A program made the position numbers and the translations under genes. The notes under the pieces were generated by a model. That model saw only the letters and a program-made list of their open reading frames with translations. It did no database searches and was not told where the DNA came from. This document shows positions 45,216 to 57,030 of a stretch of DNA of 64,000 nt, piece by piece. Origin of the DNA: Monocercomonoides exilis PA203. Its lineage: Eukaryota > Protista > Preaxostyla. The DNA lies in the NCBI GenBank assembly GCA_001643675.2, contig LSRY02000013.1, forward strand, positions 310,001-374,000, in the 5' to 3' direction. Each line of letters opens with the position of its first letter. Position 1 is the stretch's first letter.

Positions 45216-48200
45216 ATGCTTTTGTTCCTTTTTGCATGTTTGATTCTTGGGAAGACATTTGAAGCACAACATGTCTCTGAAACTGCCACATTGGAGAACA
45301 AAGGTATTCTTTCGAATTGTTATTTTTTCAACAATTCTCTTTATTTGGGTTCAGGTTATTCAAATGATGCACAATATCTATCAGAGGCTGATGTCAATTA
45401 CTTATCTGAGCAGTGTACATTTTTAGAAGTGAAAATATTACAGCCAGGACTTTCTACGGTGAAAAACACATTTTTGGGATTGCACAATTCTACAGTTGGA
45501 CTGAAAAATGTGGCAATTGAACATTCTTCTTCAACACGTGTGCTGATAACAGACAATTCAACTCTAACGATGGATTCCTGCATTTCCCACCAAAAATCGG
45601 AATCTCCGATTCTTTTGCAAAGTGGGTCAATGTACCTCTCAAATATGAGTTTGATCCCCCAAAAGAATCTTTGCCCTTCCAGCCTCATATTATCATCTGG
45701 TGATTCAAATTCTGTTGTTTTGAGAAATTCCATCGTTGCAGATCTGGCTATTTCGTCATCAGACTGTTTCCTGTTGTCAGGAAAGAGCAAAAGAGAACAG
45801 ATTGATCATTGTGCTTTCAGGAACATGTCTGTGAAATTAGACAAGAACAGTGATTATCAGATGAAACATTCATGCTTGTTGAGTTTAATGGAGAACTGCC
45901 TCATTTATTCTTCTGTTAATGTATTTGAAGGAGGTATTTCAAGTGGATCTTTTTCTTCACAAGAATTTATCTGCAAAAACACAACAATATGCAACGGAAA
46001 AAGAGAAACAAATGCCCTTCAGAAAAAAGGACAAATTAATTCAACAGCAAATGAATCATTTTCTTTATGTGAATGGACTGACTGCACAGCCCCACAAGGA
46101 GGTGCTCTTTTTGTGCATGACAATGAAAATGCAATATTGACAGTTGAAAATTCTTCATTCACAAGATGCAATGCTTCCTCGACAAGAGGCGGAGGAATAT
46201 ATGCATTGAATATCGCTGAATGCATTGTGCTCCATACAACGTTTGTTCACTGCACAGTGAAAGCAAATACTGGAGGAGGGGGAGGAGGAATTATGTCGGA
46301 GAATATCAATGAACAGTCAATGGTTGAAGATTGCTCCTTTCAAAATTGTTCATCTGATAATGATGGAGGGGCAGTTGATCTCCGTTTTACAAAAACAGAA
46401 AAACAGAAAAAATGCATCATTAATTCATTTTTTGATAACTGCAGATGCAATGGAAGTTCTGATGGAATAGGTGGATCTATTGAACATTGGTACTGCACTG
46501 ATAAAGTTATTATCTCAAACTGTCTATTCTGTAATTGCTATTCAATGTTTGGAGGGGGCGCTGTTGGTATGTTAATTAATAGTTACAGTAATGGAACATT
46601 GTTTTATTATTGCTTTTTCCACAACAATACATGTATTAAAGGAGGACATGATATTGTTCTTCAAGGGTCTGAAGCATACAACATTGATTCCACCTGCTAT
46701 TCAACAAGGAATACAACAAATAGAGTTAGCACTGATTGTAGGGAAATTGTTGATCAAAGTGAATGGCTTCGAAACGATTTTGGAATAATGAGATTTGTTT
46801 CATCCACAGAAACGCAACCTAATGCAATTGATACATATGCATGTGGACTGAATGAAATTCATCCTTGTGGAACTATCAGGCATTGCTTGACTCAACTTAT
46901 TCCTGATATTGTTACAGATATTGAGATACTCACAGGAACGATCACAGAAACCAAGAATGTGGATTGTGGAATTAACACTTTCACAATATGTGGCCAAAGT
47001 GATTTGAGTTCAACAGTTCAAACAGAATTTGAAGAACCAGGCTTATCTCTATTTTCTGTATCAGCGGGAACATTGACAGTCAGGGACTTTGTTCTTGTGC
47101 ATGACTCGGTTCATCCGAATAACCGTGGGACAATGGTGTTTGAGATTACAGGAGCAGGAGAGATGAATATAAGTGGACTGAACATATCAGCTGGAAGCGG
47201 ACAATCATCAGAAACAGCGTTCACCACTGAGCTGATAAATGTTCAGAGTGGGATGTTTCAGATGGAAAATGTGAACTGGGCAAAGACTATCTCCACTGTT
47301 TCGTTGTTTTCACTTTCTTCAACAAATGAGATCTCATTAACACTTTCAGGCTGTTCCTTTGAGGGAATAGAAAGAACAACGAATGGAGCAGCTGTGATGT
47401 CGTTTTCTAATGATAAGATTGGCATTGATGTGAATTCGAGCATTTTTGAAGGATGTGGATGCAGAACATCAGAAAATGGAGGATCGATGATGCTGTGTGC
47501 AGGAGAAGCGAATGAAGTGAAAGCGAAAGGCGGGACATTTAATGAGTGCTATTGCTCAGCTTCTAATGGTCTTGGGGGAGGAATCCTTCTTCGATTGATG
47601 AAGGAAAATCCAAATTTCCTGATTTCTTCGTCATTCGGAACAAACACAGCCAAATGGGGGAATGATATCTTCGTCTTATCACCAAATCTGGAAATGACTG
47701 CAAAATCAAAAAAGATCTCGTGTGTTACAGATTCATTGGATTCTGTTGACAAAGTGCAGGGATATGACAATGGAAATACGACTATGGAAATCCCTCTGTG
47801 CATTTATCTCCTTCCAATTCCAGAAGAAATCTTTGTGAGCAACTTCGAGGCATCTGACCATTCTCATTGTGGGATAGTCCAATTTCCCTGTTTGACAGTA
47901 AAGCACTCTCTCACACTTCAAACAGAAACAAAGAAAGTTGTTGTGAGTGGAATGATTGCGATGAGTGATGAAATTGAATTTGCTGATCAAAAGCATGAAA
48001 TCAAAGGAAATGATGATCAAAGTGGTTGGACAGTCTCTGATTCAAGTTCAACATCAAACTCAGCGATGATAACAGCAAGTTTTGAAACAGAATTATCAAA
48101 ACTCATTTTTTCTCTTCCGTCATCCCTTCCCCTTCACTCCATTTTTATTTCTTCTTCATCATCTCTAACTCTGTCTCATTGCTCTCTTTCCCTTCAAAAT

Positions 48201-51200
48201 TCTTTATCAGAATTGACATTTCTGCTTTTATCCGTTGAGTCTGGAACCTTGTATATTGATTCGTTTTCAGCTTCATCAATCACTTTGAGTGGATATCCAT
48301 TGATCTCGTTGCCTGGAAGCAGTACAAATACCGAGTCAATGAGTACCAAATGGTTGAACATGACGAACAGCACTTTTTCAGAAATAGAAAGAGCAGCTGG
48401 AAGTGGAGGCTGCGTGAGCATTGATAATAGCAACGATGAAAATACAAATGCAGAAATAAATATTGAAAAATGCGATTTTGATGGATGCTCTGTGCTGGAT
48501 GATGAAAGCAGAGGAGGTGCAATATATGCTCAGCTGAAAGGGAATATTCAAATAGATATTGCTTCTTGCACATTCACAGAATGCACAGCACCAGCTGAAG
48601 AAGAAAAGACGGGTTTTGGTGGAGGGATGGCACTGAAGTTAATTGATGACTTTTCTTCATTTGTGATCTCATCTCCTGTTTTTGATTCAGACAAGCAAAA
48701 TGTTGCGAGATATGGAAATGATCTCTTTGTTGAAGCATTCAACTTGGCAAAGAGCATCACAAACACCTCACTTCCATTTGTATCTGGGCATCTTGCTGAT
48801 GTTTCCTTGAATTCCATGAGAGGCTTTGATGGGATTGACACAACGAATGCCATTCCATTGGTGTATTTCTGGAGAACATTTGGCTCAGAGATATTTATTG
48901 AGGGAGGTGGAAAAGACGTGTGCATTTGCGGACTTTCTTATTATCCTTGTCTTTCAATTGATTATTCACTTTTAAGATTGCCAGAAGGAAATGAAAGGAA
49001 TATTACCATTATTGGAAAAGGAATTCTTCACAAATGTATTGAACTCTGTGGAATCTCAATAAAATCGGATGATACAAATAAATGCTCTTTGGAATGTTAT
49101 TCATCACTTGGAGGAACAGATGAAGCTGTAATGAAGATTTCTGGGATCACAAATTTCGAACTGATCAAGTTTGTAATTCCTTCTTCATTCGTAAGTGGTG
49201 TGAACGTTTTGATACATGTTGACTCAAGCGATGGACCATTGACTGTGAAAGACTGCTCATTCTCAAAAAATGAAGACAGTGGAGAAGAAATAATTAATTA
49301 TGGGTTGATCAAAGTAGATGGAGGAACTGTTCAATTGGAGTTTGTGACAATGCAACCATTCAGTTTTGCAAAAGATATTATTTCTGTGTTGTCAACAACG
49401 ATTCTGAACATCAAAAATCTGACAATGAAGAATGTTGAGCTGGATGGAGCAAGCGGTTTGAGCATTTCAAAGAGTTCAAGAAGAGAAAAAAATGAAGTTG
49501 AACAAGATATTGTAATTGAGTGGAGTTCATTCGAAGAAGTTACACAAAACGCAACAAGTGATATTCCCATCATTCGGAATGACAATGATGAGCCTTTGAA
49601 AATGGTGATTCGAAACACAACGATGAAGAAGTGCGGAGGGTTGAAGTGTGGAAAGGGAGGAGGGATGTTTTGTGAGTTGAATGAGGGAGGAAGATTTGAT
49701 TGCTCATTTTGCACGATTTCTGAGTGCTTCTGCTCAACAACCGGAAGAGGTGGGTGGCTGTTTCTGGAATGCACCTCGACAGCTGAGCAGTCTCTGAACT
49801 TTGTACTGTCAAATATCACATTCAGAGACAACTCTGCATTGAGAGGGAGAGATGTGTATGTGAGATGCCACTCAATCGATTCACAAATAATGGACGAGCA
49901 ATTCTTGCTGGATTTCAGAGCACCGTTTGTGAAAGAGCTGGCGATATGGGGATGCACAACAGATTTGTTTGTTGGGGAAGAAGATCTTTTGCTGAGGGTT
50001 ATGAAATACCAGAGCGAGACGATATTTGTGTCTTCTGTTTCTGAAAATCACACAGGCAGCAAGCAATGCGGAGAGTTCAACATGCCTTGCCAATCATTGG
50101 ATGTTGGAGTGCAACACATTATTCCTTCATCGTATTCTCAGCTGTTAGTCTCAGAGGAAACAATCATCAATGGGGAATGTGATGTGCATGATTTGACCAT
50201 TCGCTCATTGCAATCTGCCTCAGCTGCTTTGGTTCATTTAAACTCAACAATTGCTGGTAAAGAGGGAAGTCTTTTCACAACCACAGAGAATGTTCGGATC
50301 GAAACATTGAAATTCAACTTTGGGAAGTCATTTTGTTATTCTGGAAGTTCAATCATTCATGAAGCAAGTGGACAGCTTTCTCTATCATCTATTGACTTTT
50401 CTTCGATTTTGGAATCAGACATTGAATCTGTTGCCCTCAACTCATCATTATTGAGCATTGCAAATGGAATTCTTCATGTTGACAACTGCTCAGTGTCACT
50501 CCTTTCGTTCAAGAAGTCAGCTTTTCTGCTAAATGGAGATGAGATTAACGTCACAGATTTCAAATTGGAACAGATTGTTTCAATATCAAATGTATTTGAG
50601 ATTGATCAATGCAAAGAAGTGGCATTTAATTGGGTTGTGGCTGATGAAGTGAAGCTGTCTGAGGGCTGCGTCATTGCGATTCACAGTTCGAATTCAGGAA
50701 CAATTTCGATTGGAATATTCTCATTCAACAACTGTTCAAGGAATTCAGAAGGCGCTTCCGTTTTCTCAGCTTCATCAACCTCTGCTCATTTGGAGTTTTC
50801 AAACTGTTCTTGTTCAAACTGTCATTCTCTGTCAAGCGAAGGAAGAATAATGGAGGTGAGCAATGCAACGAATGTTTTTTTGGAGTTGTGTCGATATATT
50901 GGAGTGCTTGAGAAAGAAAGGGAAAGTGACAGAATTAATTCTTTTGAAGAAACCTGCAAATGGAGTGGATCACTTGTTCATTCAGCAGATTCTTCACTGA
51001 CGATGAAGGATGTGACAATATCGAATTCTTCGTCAGGTGGATTGTCCATATCTGCTGGCGATGTGACAATTGAGAAAGGAGAATTCTTCAACAACAATCC
51101 TTTTGTTCAGAAATATCCTTCTCTTCGACGAAACATCATTTGCTCTGATTCTGCCTCATTGACTATTTCCAATTTGAAAGGAGGAGATGGAGTGAAAGAC

Positions 51201-52943
51201 AATTCATCGCTTTGGATTCTGAATGATGGATGCACATTTGGTGGAATAGCAGGAGAAAGATCATCGCCTTTCTTCATTCCAAAGCTTGAAGAGGCATCTC
51301 TCATTGAAAATGGAAACAATGTTTCAATAAAACTCAAGGGAGCACTTCTTCTTCCTTGTGATTTGTCAGTCAGACTGGTGTATAAAACAAGGGATGTGGA
51401 GTTGGTTGAGACATATCAGTTTGAGGAAGATGGTTTTGTTTCAGAAACGGAAGTGATTGGAACAATCCCTTCAGTAAATATTTCTTCGATTGCAGATGAA
51501 ACAGAGGTTTCAGTGATGATTCTGTTTGGAAAACAACTGGCAGAGACTTCTCCACAGATACTGAAGAACAAAACAGAACCAAAGGCAAAAGGAGATGATA
51601 AAGTTGTTGAAGGAGGAAAAGAAGGAAAATCTTATTGGTTGCTTATTATTATTGTGCTTATTGTTTTGTTTTTAATTGTTCTCGTTGGATTTATAATTTT
51701 TGTTGTCCGATGGAGGAAGGCAAAGAACGAGAACAAAGATCTGAGAGAGATTGTGAACGATACTGTTAGAAAAGATCCGAAGGCATTCGAGATGGTGACG
51801 ATGGAAATGTCACCTGAGGCACAGTGGAGGAGAGCTGAGAGGGAAGCAGAGAAGAAGAATGAAGAGAGAATAAAGAAAAGAGTATATGCGAAAAGCTTGG
51901 GACACTCTGAGTCATCAGAGCATCTACTGAGTGAGAGCGGATCGACTGAATACATTCTGGGAAAAGACTCAGACAAGATTCCTGAATGGATGCTGGAAAA
52001 GGTTGACGAAAAGGAGGAAGAAGATATAAGAAAGAGATCTCCTTCACCATCCATTTCATCCACTTCATCCACAGACACTTCAGACACAGAATCCTCTTTT
52101 GTTCGAAGGGAAGATCTGTGCCCGACCACTTCATCGATGTCAAATCTGGTGGATGCGATGGCATGTTCATCACCTCATGAGAAACTGATTGTGGACTTGA
52201 GGGATTCGCTTTTCATGTTGTTGCATGGAAGGAACAAAACAAAGGAGATGGCGATTGGTACTCTTCAGGAGAGGGAGCAGACAGCTGCTCAGGTTCTGTT
52301 CTGGGTAGCTAATCTCGCCATCCATTCTTTTGATGAAATGGAAAGCCCTCTTCAATCTCTTGCCAATCTGAGCCCACACATTGTGCTGTTCTCTGAGCAC
52401 ATGGTGATCTGCATTGTGATGCATTCAGACTTATTGTCAGATGACTCTGATTCGTCATCGATCTCATCATCAACTGTTGTCACGTCTGCAAGTGATGATG
52501 ATGATGATGATGACTCCCTTCCCTCATCCGCCTTTGAGGATGAAGATAGCTTCAAAAAAGAGTGTCTGAGGTGGAAGGCGCCAGAGCTGCTGATCAACAA
52601 GAACATGGGGGCAACAAAGAAGTCGGTGGTGTTCTCGATCGGGATGATGCTGTGGGAGTGCCTGACGCTCCACATCCCGTTCGGGGAGCACGAGGCTGTG
52701 ATTGCTGGAGACAAGATTGCAAAAGGAGAGGCTTTGAGCATGTGCGGAAATACTCCAAGCACATTCTCTTTGGTCGTCAGCGAATGCCTCTCCTTTCAGC
52801 CTTCCAACAGGCCTTCGCTCGTCTCCATTTCGAGAGAGTTCTTTCAGAAGTTCCCCGAGTCGGCCAAGCTCCCCACAATGACTGACGCACTCTTCACAAA
52901 CCAGCAATCAGCCATCAGCAGAAACAGCTGCTGCAGCTATTAG
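45216..52943 (+). CDS. Giant intronless single-pass membrane protein: signal peptide, Cys-rich repeat ectodomain, TM, C-terminal kinase-like (pseudokinase) domain
   Basis: MLLFLFACLILG; repeated CG....PC.(T/S) and GG(A/G)(I/L/M) modules; TM YWLLIIIVLIVLFLIVLVGFIIFVV (about 51633-51707) then RWRK; kinase C-lobe WKAPELL, VFSIGMMLWECLT..IPF, CL...PSNRPS. Confidence 0.88.
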   Translation: MLLFLFACLILGKTFEAQHVSETATLENKGILSNCYFFNNSLYLGSGYSNDAQYLSEADVNYLSEQCTFLEVKILQPGLSTVKNTFLGLHNSTVGLKNVAIEHSSSTRVLITDNSTLTMDSCISHQKSESPILLQSGSMYLSNMSLIPQKNLCPSSLILSSGDSNSVVLRNSIVADLAISSSDCFLLSGKSKREQIDHCAFRNMSVKLDKNSDYQMKHSCLLSLMENCLIYSSVNVFEGGISSGSFSSQEFICKNTTICNGKRETNALQKKGQINSTANESFSLCEWTDCTAPQGGALFVHDNENAILTVENSSFTRCNASSTRGGGIYALNIAECIVLHTTFVHCTVKANTGGGGGGIMSENINEQSMVEDCSFQNCSSDNDGGAVDLRFTKTEKQKKCIINSFFDNCRCNGSSDGIGGSIEHWYCTDKVIISNCLFCNCYSMFGGGAVGMLINSYSNGTLFYYCFFHNNTCIKGGHDIVLQGSEAYNIDSTCYSTRNTTNRVSTDCREIVDQSEWLRNDFGIMRFVSSTETQPNAIDTYACGLNEIHPCGTIRHCLTQLIPDIVTDIEILTGTITETKNVDCGINTFTICGQSDLSSTVQTEFEEPGLSLFSVSAGTLTVRDFVLVHDSVHPNNRGTMVFEITGAGEMNISGLNISAGSGQSSETAFTTELINVQSGMFQMENVNWAKTISTVSLFSLSSTNEISLTLSGCSFEGIERTTNGAAVMSFSNDKIGIDVNSSIFEGCGCRTSENGGSMMLCAGEANEVKAKGGTFNECYCSASNGLGGGILLRLMKENPNFLISSSFGTNTAKWGNDIFVLSPNLEMTAKSKKISCVTDSLDSVDKVQGYDNGNTTMEIPLCIYLLPIPEEIFVSNFEASDHSHCGIVQFPCLTVKHSLTLQTETKKVVVSGMIAMSDEIEFADQKHEIKGNDDQSGWTVSDSSSTSNSAMITASFETELSKLIFSLPSSLPLHSIFISSSSSLTLSHCSLSLQNSLSELTFLLLSVESGTLYIDSFSASSITLSGYPLISLPGSSTNTESMSTKWLNMTNSTFSEIERAAGSGGCVSIDNSNDENTNAEINIEKCDFDGCSVLDDESRGGAIYAQLKGNIQIDIASCTFTECTAPAEEEKTGFGGGMALKLIDDFSSFVISSPVFDSDKQNVARYGNDLFVEAFNLAKSITNTSLPFVSGHLADVSLNSMRGFDGIDTTNAIPLVYFWRTFGSEIFIEGGGKDVCICGLSYYPCLSIDYSLLRLPEGNERNITIIGKGILHKCIELCGISIKSDDTNKCSLECYSSLGGTDEAVMKISGITNFELIKFVIPSSFVSGVNVLIHVDSSDGPLTVKDCSFSKNEDSGEEIINYGLIKVDGGTVQLEFVTMQPFSFAKDIISVLSTTILNIKNLTMKNVELDGASGLSISKSSRREKNEVEQDIVIEWSSFEEVTQNATSDIPIIRNDNDEPLKMVIRNTTMKKCGGLKCGKGGGMFCELNEGGRFDCSFCTISECFCSTTGRGGWLFLECTSTAEQSLNFVLSNITFRDNSALRGRDVYVRCHSIDSQIMDEQFLLDFRAPFVKELAIWGCTTDLFVGEEDLLLRVMKYQSETIFVSSVSENHTGSKQCGEFNMPCQSLDVGVQHIIPSSYSQLLVSEETIINGECDVHDLTIRSLQSASAALVHLNSTIAGKEGSLFTTTENVRIETLKFNFGKSFCYSGSSIIHEASGQLSLSSIDFSSILESDIESVALNSSLLSIANGILHVDNCSVSLLSFKKSAFLLNGDEINVTDFKLEQIVSISNVFEIDQCKEVAFNWVVADEVKLSEGCVIAIHSSNSGTISIGIFSFNNCSRNSEGASVFSASSTSAHLEFSNCSCSNCHSLSSEGRIMEVSNATNVFLELCRYIGVLEKERESDRINSFEETCKWSGSLVHSADSSLTMKDVTISNSSSGGLSISAGDVTIEKGEFFNNNPFVQKYPSLRRNIICSDSASLTISNLKGGDGVKDNSSLWILNDGCTFGGIAGERSSPFFIPKLEEASLIENGNNVSIKLKGALLLPCDLSVRLVYKTRDVELVETYQFEEDGFVSETEVIGTIPSVNISSIADETEVSVMILFGKQLAETSPQILKNKTEPKAKGDDKVVEGGKEGKSYWLLIIIVLIVLFLIVLVGFIIFVVRWRKAKNENKDLREIVNDTVRKDPKAFEMVTMEMSPEAQWRRAEREAEKKNEERIKKRVYAKSLGHSESSEHLLSESGSTEYILGKDSDKIPEWMLEKVDEKEEEDIRKRSPSPSISSTSSTDTSDTESSFVRREDLCPTTSSMSNLVDAMACSSPHEKLIVDLRDSLFMLLHGRNKTKEMAIGTLQEREQTAAQVLFWVANLAIHSFDEMESPLQSLANLSPHIVLFSEHMVICIVMHSDLLSDDSDSSSISSSTVVTSASDDDDDDDSLPSSAFEDEDSFKKECLRWKAPELLINKNMGATKKSVVFSIGMMLWECLTLHIPFGEHEAVIAGDKIAKGEALSMCGNTPSTFSLVVSECLSFQPSNRPSLVSISREFFQKFPESAKLPTMTDALFTNQQSAISRNSCCSY

Positions 52944-55924
52944 TGCTTGCTTCTCTCATCCCATCACAAGCATCGCCATCGTTCGCACCCCTCGTATTCA
53001 TCTCGTTATCTCTCTCTTTTTTCTTTTTCTGTTTTTTGGTGAATAATTACAAGAAAGAATGAAATAGGCGCTGTCCATGGCTTCTGAAGGCTTTCTTTTC
53101 TTTTGTTTTGTTTTCTTTTGTTTCTGTTGCCTCCAAACAGGGCTTGGCATTTGCCAGCCAGAGTCTGATGTTTGCGTTTTTCTGTGTTGTTCCTGCACTT
53201 CGCTCGAAAGTGATTTTTCACAACCACTTTCGTTTTATTGCTTGTAAACCCACTTCAAAATGGAAAGACATCGAGCCAAATGATTTCTGAAATCCTTTGA
53301 TCTTCCTCTGTGAATTGCCTTCTTCTCTGAAATGAATGTTCCTCAAAAATGAATCCCAGCATCCTTGCTTTGACCCAGCCAAGAAATCAAAATCAAAATC
53401 AAAAAAAATATGTGACATCGTTGGCACCTGCACAAAAACCCAGAATACACCTTTCTCAGCCTTGGCCTAATTTCTAGAGTCATACCCAGACGACTTTTTT
53501 TATTCGTTCAAAACATGAAATATGACAATATAAAAATTGTTGAGATAAAAATAACAGCAAACGATGTGAAAGGAAATGGCACTCAAAGAAATGAGAGGCT
53601 TCAAATAAGTTCCATCAAAATGAAGAGAGAAACACTCTGGAATTTATTTTTTTTTTATTTATTGAGTGCTCATTGCCTCCTTCTTTCAAACGATTCGAGA
53701 CAAAAGGCAAGAAGCTGAGTCATCTTTCCTATTCTTGCAGCGATTGCACTCAGAAACTTGCATTTCCATTCCATCCCAAAATAACTGCATTCCCCAATGA
53801 AAAATTCCCACCTCCATTAACATGGCACAGATTCGCAGTATATCCCCTTCCGCTTTGCCATCCTTTTTGCGTTTCGGTGTTGATCACCAGCTTGGCACTT
53901 TCAGCCGAAGCATAAATATCTCTTCCCTTTGCAAATAGAAACGCGCTTTCGCTGCCGATAACACAAACAAAAATAAGGCACTCAAGCTTCAGCTTTCAAT
54001 CAACTTGCGATGCTCCGGGGGAAAATGAAATTTAAAAAATGTAATTGTGAACCAATGGAACATTTGCTGGCCATTTCTTGAATGCTCCAACTTGATCGGA
54101 ACATCGCTTCTCTGCTTCCATTCGCAATATCCCTTGCTTCCAATTTGAAGAATCTGTTATCGCCACAGCTCTGTGCCTTCCAGTCAACACACGCACCTGC
54201 TATTTGGATGCATGCCCGCCAATAAAAGAGCTGCTTTTCCTTTTCCTCATATCCTTTTCCTTCCAGAATCTGTCTCAAAGCAGCAGCAACGATACAAATA
54301 CCGAAGCACGCAAAATTATTTGTCGGCAAGTGTATCAGATAGTCAATGCCAATTTCAGTTCTTGTTCGTTCAGCCATTTTCTTTGCTTTTCGCTGGCAAA
54401 CATCCCTCGCATTTTCGCTTTCCACAAAATGTGACATGGCAACTGCACATTTTGGAGGGGGAAATAAATAAAAAGGAAAAGTTCCAATAAAAGCAAACTG
54501 AGCCGAAGTCCGATCAATTGGCCATTTCCCAAACGATTTTCCTGTCGACATGGCTCTCATGGAATTTCTCAACAAAAAAATTCTAAAAAAGAAAAAAGCT
54601 ATTCTTTTCAACAAAAACATCCTTTCCATTCATAAAAATTCCAAACCTCTTTTTTTTTCTTGCACCTACAACGCATTCAATATTTTTATGTTCAGATCTT
54701 CAAGCAGAAGCAAAGGAGAGACTCTTTTTCCATTTTTGGAAAATGAAAATAAGACATCGAAAAGAAAAGGCATTTCACGCTCGATGTTGGACAATTCCAA
54801 AAGATTGCGTGCCTTGAGATATGTTTTGTTGCTTTATTGCGAGCAATGTCTTTCTGTGCTGGCACCAGGCATTCCCTCGTTTTTTGAGTCATCGAAAAGA
54901 ATCCCCCCAAAACATGAGAAAGCAATAAAAGAGCATTATCATCTGCAATGAAAATAGCTTTTGATCAGTGGCTTCTCGCAACGGTCTCTCATCGCTGAAC
55001 AACAACAGTCTGACTCACAAATTGATAGGAAAACAAAAATCATCTTCCAAATGACACGCTCTCCCCACAAATTGCAATCTTTGCTCAATGCTTTAATTCT
55101 ATTGAATCCAGCAGCATAGCATGTTCATCTGTTTTTGTGCTGCCTAAGAGCATATGCACGCTTTTTGTTCTCAATTTTTGATTTTGAAGAAATTATTATT
55201 CGTTGATCATTTCGCAACAAAATCTTTCAAACAAAGAGGATATATTTATTATAAAAATGCAAATATTACAGCAAATCAATTTATTATCTGTAGGCTTTGA
55301 TGCAAAATGAAAACATTCAAGCGAATGAAAAATTAATATTTTTCAAATAAAAATCATGTTAAAAATCATTGAATTTACGAAAGATGAATATTAAAATTTG
55401 ACTTTTTTTCAAAGAATGTTTTCACAATTAATTTTTATTTTGGCAAAATGAAAGCGTATCGGAACTCTCTGTTTTGAACAAAAAATTGTTAAGGTAATAT
55501 ACTTCATATGTGTCTTTATATTTTTGAAAATTCCTTTTGTTTATTTTTCAGATAAAGAAAATTATTCACATTCCGATCATATTTTCGTTTACAATCATGA
55601 AAATTCACAAAAATGGAATTAATAACATTGTCAAGATTTTGTTTTTTTAACAGCAAAATTTCGTGAGTGGAAACAGAATATTTAATCAAATATGAAATTT
55701 TTGTTTTCTTTGAAAATTAAACAAAAGGATCTTTTCAAAAAAATTAAGACATATTGATACAATTCACAAGTTTATTGTTATCGGAAAGTCTTTTTAAGAA
55801 GTTTTAAAAAAATGGAAAAGTCATTAAAATTCTAATCTATGGTTTTTGATCAAAAAAGTTTTATGGCAAGATCTGAAGAGGAAAAAAATTGTCAAACAGT
55901 ATTTCGATTGAATACGATCTTCCA

Positions 55925-57030
55925 TGATAAAGAAGAAACGTGGAATTGGTTTTTCAAGCGTTTTCAAGAGTTCGCTACCAAGGATTGCCCTAAATGAAGA
56001 AGCAAAAGGAGAATTAGGGAGGAAACAGAAGGTTTCAAATATCTTTGGTGTCAAACTTACCGAAAAAAAACCTATATGGGTGATTCTTTTTGAAAAGTCA
56101 CAAATGTTTAATTTTCAAATACAACAAAATTTTCATATTTTGCTCAAATTTCTGTTTCAGCTCACAAATCTTCTCAAGAATGTTTGAAATAGCATTTTCA
56201 AGAAATAGATTCCATCTAAGTTAAGTTTGATGCTTGTTAACAAAATATTTTGCAAAATATGAAATTTTGAATTTATTTGAAAATTAAACTTTTGTGACTT
56301 TTCAAAAAGAATCACCCATATATTTAAGAATTCCATTCTTTTCCAAAATGAAACTTCCGATCAAAATGGTTTTGCAGATTCCATTGTCCTATTGGATTGG
56401 AATTGGATTAAAACAAATTCATTTGCTGACGTGTGTTTCATATCCAACTATTAGTTATTGGACATGCGTTGTGAGAGTTGTGCGAACACTAATTTGGACG
56501 AAACGATACCGAAATTAGGAGGACCGGGAAAATACGTCGAAATAGATGAGGCTGTTTGGAGGAGAAGGAAATATGGAAGAGGAAGAAAGAAGGATTTGCT
56601 GTGGATTTTCGGAGGAGTTGAGAGAAAGGAAGGAGGAGGATCTGGAACAAATATTGTTATCATCGTGGCAGACAGGAAAAAAGAAACATTGATCCCTATT
56701 ATTCAAGAAAGGATATTAACAGGCACAATAATAATTAGTGATGAATGGAAAAGCTCCAATTGTCTGAAAGATATTGGTCATGAATATATTACAGTCTGTC
56801 ATGAAACCAACTTTAAAAATCCAGAAACAGGTGTTTGTACCAATTCAGTTAAAGGGTTGTGGAGTCATTAAAGAGGGTTTTTTCCAAAGCATGGAGTAAG
56901 GAAAACATTCATTGCTGATTGTTTATCCATGTGGCTTGTTCAAAGGAATCTTAAACCAAGTTTTGTCTATATTTTGCAGAAAATGATTCATTTTATTCCA
57001 GAAGAAAAAAACTGTAATTGCGGATGAAGA
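55925..57030 (+). pseudogene. Merlin/IS1595(ISXO2)-like transposase relic, interrupted by a MITE
   Basis: LGGPGKYVEIDE...RKYGRGR...WIFGGVER...DRKKETLIPII......GTIIISDEW.....L....Y.TVCH..NF..PETGVCTNSV.GLWS. Upstream Zn-ribbon remnant (CPK*...CQT). Stops at about 55995 and 56869. Confidence 0.9.
56078..56317. mobile_element. MITE (240 bp), TIR GGGTGATTCTTTTTGAAAAGTCACAAA..., ATAT TSD
   Basis: About 43-bp near-perfect inverted repeats; atat|ggg ... ccc|atat. Confidence 0.92.

Noticed and set aside
52998-55150. Short ORFs, including 209 aa at 54000..54629
   Set aside because: No recognisable motifs or consistent exon structure; left unannotated.
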